The position numbers and the translations under genes were made by a program. Shown here piece after piece: positions 12,775-17,645 of a DNA stretch of 17,645 nucleotides (positions are counted from its first letter, which is position 1; each line of letters opens with the position of its first letter). The notes below the pieces were generated by a model. The model did no database searches. It was not told the DNA's origin and saw only the letters and a list, made by a program, of their open reading frames with translations. This DNA comes from an uncultured Clostridia bacterium (lineage in GTDB: Bacteria > Bacillota > Clostridia > Christensenellales > Aristaeellaceae). The DNA is taken from the NCBI GenBank assembly GCA_937886445.1, contig CALGBY010000004.1:1-17645 (forward strand). Direction: 5' to 3'.

Positions 12775-12839
12775 TCATTATCCTTCGGTGTTCTTTTAGG
12801 CCGTCCGGAATGTTTATGCGGTGAAAAACGGAAAAACAC

Positions 12840-12868
12840 TTGAAACATCCCCTCTCTGTGAGTATAAT
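12840..12868 (+). promoter_or_regulatory. Sigma-A-type promoter of the antiporter gene
   Basis: TTGAAA (12840..12845), a 17-nt spacer, then TATAAT (12863..12868). This implies a ~90-nt leader. Confidence 0.65.
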
Positions 12869-12965
12869 AGTGCCTTGTTCTGCAAGGGCGTACGCGGAAG
12901 GGCGTCCCCCTGCACGATTTTGTTATTTGAGGGGACATCCTGTTTTTCCGGAGGCTGACTGCTTT

Positions 12966-14186
12966 ATGAATATGCTGCTGGTGATCTCGATCGCGATGGT
13001 GGCGGGTCTGCTTGTGAGCAGACTGGCGCGCCTGGTGCATCTGCCCAATGTGACGGCGTTCCTGGTGGCCGGTCTGGTGATCGGCCCCTGCGTGAGCGGC
13101 CTGATCACAGAGGATCAGACGCAGGCGATGAACATCGTATCGGAAGCCGCGCTGGGGTTTATCGCCTATTCCATCGGCGCGGAATTCCGGCTGGATCATC
13201 TGAAAAAGATCGGTAAGGGCCCGCTGATCATCACCTTTTCGCAGGGCCTGATGACGGCGCTGCTGGTGGACGCCGGCCTGATCGCTCTTTCTGTGATATT
13301 TTATAGGGAAAACAATTATGCCGTGCCCATGAGCATCCTGCTGGGCGCGATCGCTCTGGCCACCGCCCCTGCCGCCACGCTGATGGTGGTGAAGCAGTAT
13401 AAGGCGCACGGACCGGTCACCGAAATGCTGCTGCCGGTGGTGGCGATGGATGACGCGCTGGGTCTGATGGTGTTTTCCGTTTCCTCCTCCGTGGCAAGCG
13501 GTATGCTGGGCGGAGAGATCACGGTGAACAGCATGCTGCTCACCCCGCTCATCGAGATCGTGGGTTCCCTTGCTCTGGGCAGCGCCATCGGCTTCCTGCT
13601 GAGCGTGATGTGCCGCCTTTTCCATTCCAGAGGGAATGAACTGGGGCTTTCCATCGCGGCTGTGCTGGGCGGCGTGGGCCTGTGCGATGTGCTGGGACTG
13701 TCCTCACTGCTTGTGTGCATGATGATCGGCGCCATCATGGTGAACATGGTGGATGAGGATCACCGCCGCACGCTGATCGAGCAGGCGGATCGCTTTACGC
13801 CTCCGGTGTTCCTGCTGTTCTTTGTGCTTTCCGGCGCGGAGTTGGATGTGACCGTGCTGCCCCAGGTGGGCGTGATCGGCATCGCGTACCTGCTGCTGCG
13901 TTCCATCGGCAAGTGGAGCGGCGCTTCCATAGGCGCCGCGGCTACGCATTCCGATAAAAACATCGTGAAATATCTGGGTCTCACGCTGCTGCCCCAGGCC
14001 GGTGTGGCCATCGGTATGGCGCAGATGGTGAACGCCCGCTTCGGCTCCTCTTCCAGTACCGAAGCAATGGCGAAGCAGATCAATACCGTTGTGCTTTCCG
14101 GCACCCTCGTGTTTGAATTGATCGGCCCCGTGATCACAAAGATCGCGCTGAAAAAATCGGGCGAGATCGACGAACAGGTCAGATAA
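12966..14186 (+). CDS. Cation:proton antiporter (CPA/Na_H_Exchanger family, no KTN domain)
   Basis: 406 aa and polytopic. The N-terminus MNMLLVISIAMVAGLLVSRLARLVHLPNVTAFLVAGLVIGP is typical of CPA2-type exchangers. I chose the start at ATG 12966 (GGAGG 11 nt upstream), because the track start at 12840 coincides with the -35 hexamer. Confidence 0.88.
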   Translation: MNMLLVISIAMVAGLLVSRLARLVHLPNVTAFLVAGLVIGPCVSGLITEDQTQAMNIVSEAALGFIAYSIGAEFRLDHLKKIGKGPLIITFSQGLMTALLVDAGLIALSVIFYRENNYAVPMSILLGAIALATAPAATLMVVKQYKAHGPVTEMLLPVVAMDDALGLMVFSVSSSVASGMLGGEITVNSMLLTPLIEIVGSLALGSAIGFLLSVMCRLFHSRGNELGLSIAAVLGGVGLCDVLGLSSLLVCMMIGAIMVNMVDEDHRRTLIEQADRFTPPVFLLFFVLSGAELDVTVLPQVGVIGIAYLLLRSIGKWSGASIGAAATHSDKNIVKYLGLTLLPQAGVAIGMAQMVNARFGSSSSTEAMAKQINTVVLSGTLVFELIGPVITKIALKKSGEIDEQVR

Positions 14187-14196
14187 CAGAAATAAG

Positions 14197-14240
14197 AAAA
14201 GTGCCTTTCCGCGTGTGTGATACGGGAAGGCACTTTTTCT
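14197..14240. terminator. Bidirectional Rho-independent terminator shared by the convergent antiporter and mgtC genes
   Basis: 11-bp stem (14201..14211 with 14223..14233; one G-U on the + RNA, which is an A-C mismatch on the minus RNA) with an 11-nt loop. It is flanked by AAAA (14197..14200) and TTTTT (14234..14238). Confidence 0.8.
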
Positions 14241-14275
14241 GTGACGGGGTTCATTTACAGGCGCCGGGGAAACGC

Positions 14276-14986
14276 CTACACATTCTGTGTACGCACGGCG
14301 CGGATGTTCGGGTATTCCGATAAGCGGGTGATGATATCCTGATAATTGGTCTTTCCCGACGTGGTGAGGGTGTACACATTGGTGTAGAGGTTCATCTCTT
14401 CATTGAGGGTTTCCGCGTGAAAATCCTGTTCAAGCACAGTTACATGCATTTCCAGAAAAACCTGCCTGAGGAAAGGAATGGTCTCTTCGCGGTGGATAAA
14501 CTGGACCTCAAGGCGTTTGTAGATTTTTACATGAATGACTCTCTGCATAACACGTAATACGATAAGGATGATTGCACAGGCGAAAAGAGCAACAATGATA
14601 TAACCCGCGCCGATCATCAGCCCAAGACAGGCGGTGCACCACAGGGAAGCCGCTGTCGTCAGCCCAAGAATCTTGCGTTCGGACATGATAATGGTGCCGG
14701 CCCCCAGAAAACCGATTCCGGATACGACGGCAGAGGTCAGGCGCCCCATGCTGACATTGATCTGCGTGTTGCCAAGCAGCACCACATTCGCAACCGCGAA
14801 CTGCTCGAGCAGGCTGATCAGTGTTGATCCGATGCACACAAGCACATGGGTACGCATTCCTGCCGGCCTGTTTTTCTTTTCCCGCTCGATTCCGATAAAG
14901 GCACTGATCAGTACGGAAAGGATGATTCGTACCGCGATCTGCCAGAAATTCATTGTTTCCCCGAATCTGCTTAATTCACTGAACAT
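14276..14986 (-). CDS. mgtC: MgtC/SapB family membrane protein
   Basis: The family signature is IGIEREKKNRPAGMRTHVLVCIGS...GIGFLGAGTI...GLTTAASLWCTA..G, with a C-terminal ACT-like soluble domain. The start is ambiguous. ATG 14986 has GAGG 8 nt upstream. ATG 14953 (MNFWQIAV...) gives the more typical ~20 aa before GIERE. Confidence 0.88.
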   Translation of the reverse strand: MFSELSRFGETMNFWQIAVRIILSVLISAFIGIEREKKNRPAGMRTHVLVCIGSTLISLLEQFAVANVVLLGNTQINVSMGRLTSAVVSGIGFLGAGTIIMSERKILGLTTAASLWCTACLGLMIGAGYIIVALFACAIILIVLRVMQRVIHVKIYKRLEVQFIHREETIPFLRQVFLEMHVTVLEQDFHAETLNEEMNLYTNVYTLTTSGKTNYQDIITRLSEYPNIRAVRTQNV

Positions 14987-15033
14987 ACTGATCGCCTCGC
15001 GAAAATGTTTTTGATACGTGAAGATGTAATATT

Positions 15034-15077
15034 CGTTTCCGTTTCTTTATTATCATACCACAATACTTACGGAAACG
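15034..15077. promoter_or_regulatory. Perfect 9-bp inverted repeat bracketing the candidate mgtC promoter
   Basis: CGTTTCCGT (15034..15042) and ACGGAAACG (15069..15077) are separated by 26 nt. On the minus strand the spacer contains TGgTATGAT (extended -10, 15052..15060). A TTGACA lies at 15081..15086, but 23 nt upstream, which is too far for a normal spacer. The sequence is directly observed; the function is unknown. Confidence 0.5.
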
Positions 15078-15090
15078 CTATGTCAATATT

Positions 15091-15711
15091 TCAGTATTCT
15101 TCTTCCGCTTCCGGCTCTTCGCTGCCCGCGTTTTTGATGGCCGCCTTCGCGACGGAAAAGGAATATCCCTTTCTCACCAGCGCGGCAAGCAGCTTCTGCG
15201 GGTCGCTTTTTCTTTTCATCAGCCTGCGCGCCTGATCCGCCGCCATTTCCAGCTCATCCTCCTCGGTAAAGCCGGAGAGAGCGGCCTTTGCTGTATCGGC
15301 GTCTACGCCCTTATGCATCAGCTCCGCGCGGATGCGGCTTCTTCCCAGCTTCTGGGCACGCGCGTCCACCCACAGCCCGGCAAAGCGGGCGTCGGAAAGG
15401 ATCCGGTTCTCCTTCAGCGTGATGATCACCTTTTCCATGGCTTCTTCCTCATAGCCGCTTTTTTTCAGGCATTCGCGCACCTCTCCTTCGCTGCGCTCCC
15501 GCCCTTCAAGGTATTTTACGGCCCTTTCCAGCGCGGCCTGATATTCCGTTGTTTTGCGCCAGGCGGCGTATTCCTCCGGGTCGATCTCTCTTCCGGGGTA
15601 TAATTTGCGCATTTCATACAGCGCGTGCGGCACGCGCAGCACCGCTCCGCTTTCAAGCAGCACTCTGGCGCAGCCGCCCTTTCGTATTACCTGTACTACA
15701 GTGTCCTTCAT
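15091..15711 (-). CDS. recX: RecX family regulator of RecA
   Basis: 206 aa with three-helix repeat architecture and family motifs (YQAALERAVKYLEGRERSEGEVRECLKKSGY, ILSDARFAGLWVDARA, GRSRIRAELMHKGV, LLAALVRKGYSFSVAKAAI). RBS GGAG lies 6 nt upstream. Confidence 0.88.
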   Translation of the reverse strand: MKDTVVQVIRKGGCARVLLESGAVLRVPHALYEMRKLYPGREIDPEEYAAWRKTTEYQAALERAVKYLEGRERSEGEVRECLKKSGYEEEAMEKVIITLKENRILSDARFAGLWVDARAQKLGRSRIRAELMHKGVDADTAKAALSGFTEEDELEMAADQARRLMKRKSDPQKLLAALVRKGYSFSVAKAAIKNAGSEEPEAEEEY

Positions 15712-15723
15712 CGCGTTCTCCGT

Positions 15724-16833
15724 TTACAGAAGCAGGCGGATCAGATCGGCGTTCAGATCGGTCATCACGCCGTTTCTCGCCTCGCCCGCGCCGGTCGTGA
15801 GTGATACAAAGCCGCGCCCCTTCGCGGGATCGTAGAATATGCCGTGCACGGCCCCGTAGGCCAGCCCCTGATGCCCGTACAGCGTGTTTTCGGACATGGA
15901 GGGGTTGTTCAGTATAAAGGTGCCCATGCCCTGACACAGATCCTTGGCGCGGCTGCCGAAGGAAGCGTACTGCCGGCGCATGGCGGCAAGCGTGTCCTTT
16001 GTGAGAAAACCGGGGCACATCAGCTCATGCCCCAGCACAGCCATATCACCGGATGAGATGCAGAGATTGCCGTGGGCGAGCATATAATGGTGCTCCGGGT
16101 CCGCCATGTCTGCAGGCAGGGCGCGGGCCAAACGCTCCTTCGCGTCATAGCATACGGATCTTTTGGGAAAAACGCGCACCGCGTCGGCCAGCCTGCCGCC
16201 CAGACGCTGCGGATAATAGGAAGCGCGTACGCCGAGCGGGTCAAACAGCACTTCCTTCATCAGGGTATCAAAATTTTTGCCCGTCATGCCTTCAAGCACA
16301 CATCCGGCAATGCCGGCGCCCAGGTTGGAATATTCCCAGCCCATTCCCGGCGTATGCTCCGTATAGCTGTCTCCGCGCATGATCCCGCTCAGCGTGCCGC
16401 CGTCGGCCAGCGCCTTCTGATAGGCGGCGCCGTCATGGATGCCGGCGGTATGCGTGATGAGCATGCGCAGCGTGATGGGGGTATCCGGTGCTTTGGGATG
16501 GCGCAGAGGGAAGGGCAGATATCTGTTCACATCCTCATCCGGGTCACACAGGCCGTCCTGAATGAGCTTCATGATGCCCATTGCCGTGATATGCTTGCTT
16601 ACGCTGGCGCAGCGAAACAGCGTATCCGCCGTGACCGGCTGCTTTTTGCCCGCCAGCCCCGCGCAGAATACATATTCGGTGCCGCTTGTGTCAAATGTGG
16701 CAAGGGAAAAGCCGGGCACACGGTACTTTTTGTACACGCTCAGGATCTCTCCGGGCACGGCTCCGCCGGAGCATTTCAGGCGCGGGCGGGGAGTGAAACG
16801 GAGAAGCATGCGGTAGGTGTTCCAGTTTGTCAT
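15724..16833 (-). CDS. Beta-lactamase-fold serine hydrolase (class C / esterase EstB-like), no signal peptide
   Basis: The SxxK motif is in CASVSKHITAMG, the YxN motif is in EYSNLGAG, and an HxG third motif is in YGHQGLAYG. I chose the start at ATG 16831..16833 (GGAGG 7 nt upstream), which overlaps the lgt stop (ATGA). The track ORF extends to 16914 inside lgt. The N-terminus MTNWNTYRMLLRFTPRPR lacks a hydrophobic leader. Confidence 0.82.
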   Translation of the reverse strand: MTNWNTYRMLLRFTPRPRLKCSGGAVPGEILSVYKKYRVPGFSLATFDTSGTEYVFCAGLAGKKQPVTADTLFRCASVSKHITAMGIMKLIQDGLCDPDEDVNRYLPFPLRHPKAPDTPITLRMLITHTAGIHDGAAYQKALADGGTLSGIMRGDSYTEHTPGMGWEYSNLGAGIAGCVLEGMTGKNFDTLMKEVLFDPLGVRASYYPQRLGGRLADAVRVFPKRSVCYDAKERLARALPADMADPEHHYMLAHGNLCISSGDMAVLGHELMCPGFLTKDTLAAMRRQYASFGSRAKDLCQGMGTFILNNPSMSENTLYGHQGLAYGAVHGIFYDPAKGRGFVSLTTGAGEARNGVMTDLNADLIRLLL

Positions 16834-17645
16834 TTCGCGGCCTCCGTATCCGCGGCCGGCTTTGCGGCGGCGGCTTTTTTGCTTTTGATATGCACACAGA
16901 GAAAATGAGCGCATCCGGCGATCAGCAGCAGCACGGACAGGGCCTGACTGACGCGGATACCGGTGCCCGGGATATACAGGCTGTCGGTACGCAGGCCTTC
17001 AATGACCGCCCGCCCCGCCGCGTACCAGGTGAGGTACAGCACGCTTGCCGTGCCGCGCCGCGTTTCCTCGCGGGCGCGCCGGAGGGGGAAAAGGCGGATG
17101 AGCAGCACGGTGTAAAGAAGGAGTACCAGAAAACCAATGATATCCCATACGGATTCGTAAAAGAAGGTGGCCTGATACCATACGCCGTCGATCTGCACAC
17201 CGAAGGGGAAAAACTGAAGCGCTGTACTGACGATCTGCTGCCCGTGGGCCTCTCCGTTGGCAAAATTGCCCCAGCGGCCGATGCCCTGGGCCAGGATCAG
17301 AAAGGGAGCAACGATATCGGCAACGGAAAAGAAGGGGATCTTCTTGTGCCGGGTGACGATCACCCCGCCGATGATGCCGCCGATGATGCCGCCGTAAATG
17401 GCCAGACCGCCTTCCCACACGCGCAGGATGCTTACGGGATCCTGTGCGTAATGCTCCCAGCGGAAGGCGACATAGTAGAGGCGGGCGCACAGGATGGCGA
17501 GCGGCATGCATACCAGCGCCAGATCGATGCCGAGATCCTCCGGCAGGCCGCGCTTTTTCGCGATACGGTCTACACTCAATACCGCGATCAGCGTGCCGAG
17601 CACGATCAGCAGCCCGTATACGGGAATGACACCGAACAGCTTCAT
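16830..17645 (-). CDS. lgt: Prolipoprotein diacylglyceryl transferase
   Basis: Polytopic ORF with Lgt hallmarks: VWEGGLAIYGGIIGG and GIGRWGNFANGEAHG (GRxGNFxNxE). The ATG at 17643..17645 is the last codon of the window, so the true start may lie beyond the edge. It has a lysine/alanine-rich C-terminal tail. Confidence 0.9.
   Translation of the reverse strand: MKLFGVIPVYGLLIVLGTLIAVLSVDRIAKKRGLPEDLGIDLALVCMPLAILCARLYYVAFRWEHYAQDPVSILRVWEGGLAIYGGIIGGIIGGVIVTRHKKIPFFSVADIVAPFLILAQGIGRWGNFANGEAHGQQIVSTALQFFPFGVQIDGVWYQATFFYESVWDIIGFLVLLLYTVLLIRLFPLRRAREETRRGTASVLYLTWYAAGRAVIEGLRTDSLYIPGTGIRVSQALSVLLLIAGCAHFLCVHIKSKKAAAAKPAADTEAAK

Noticed and set aside
11659-13625. Long antisense ORFs 11659..12729 (+) and 12771..13625 (-), and similarly 9227..9880 (+), 9899..10453 (+), 10290..10979 (+) and 16072..16908 (+)
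   Set aside because: Each one mirrors a gene with clear family signatures (GalM, antiporter, flavin reductase, HAD, RecF, serine hydrolase). Their translations are low-complexity (H/R/Q/G-rich) and none has a plausible RBS or promoter.

Overview
This is 17.6 kb of chromosomal DNA from a high-GC (roughly 60%) Gram-positive-type anaerobe. Gene content and GGAGG-type RBSs suggest Clostridia, Oscillospiraceae/Ruminococcaceae-like, but the taxon is inference. I can support 15 intact CDS (13 on the minus strand), one recombinase pseudogene, about a dozen promoter/terminator signals and three repeat classes. I see no rRNA, tRNA, CRISPR array, intact mobile element or recognisable phage-defence cassette. 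Layout from right to left (minus-strand genes are transcribed in this direction): lgt, a beta-lactamase-fold serine hydrolase without signal peptide, then recX. Next comes mgtC on a low-GC islet, convergent with a cation:proton antiporter. Then galM, recF, a HAD hydrolase and a flavin reductase, convergent with a multidomain L,D-transpeptidase. That transpeptidase is divergent from a ~1143-aa membrane-anchored beta-propeller protein. Then perR, a reverse rubrerythrin, a fused flavin reductase::rubredoxin::reverse rubrerythrin gene and a NUDIX gene. The left edge is an AT-rich resolvase remnant. Three things deserve a second look. (1) The PerR-headed peroxide/oxygen module contains a three-module fusion that would place a whole NAD(P)H-to-peroxide electron chain on one polypeptide. 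(2) That fusion shares a 540-bp, ~98% identical direct repeat (342 bp perfectly identical) with the upstream stand-alone gene. (3) The uncharacterised giant beta-propeller protein has a long disordered cytoplasmic tail and is paired head-to-head with an unusual L,D-transpeptidase. I do not see a clear-cut new multi-gene system. The rest looks like ordinary housekeeping and accessory chromosome, and most functional statements are motif-level calls made by eye.
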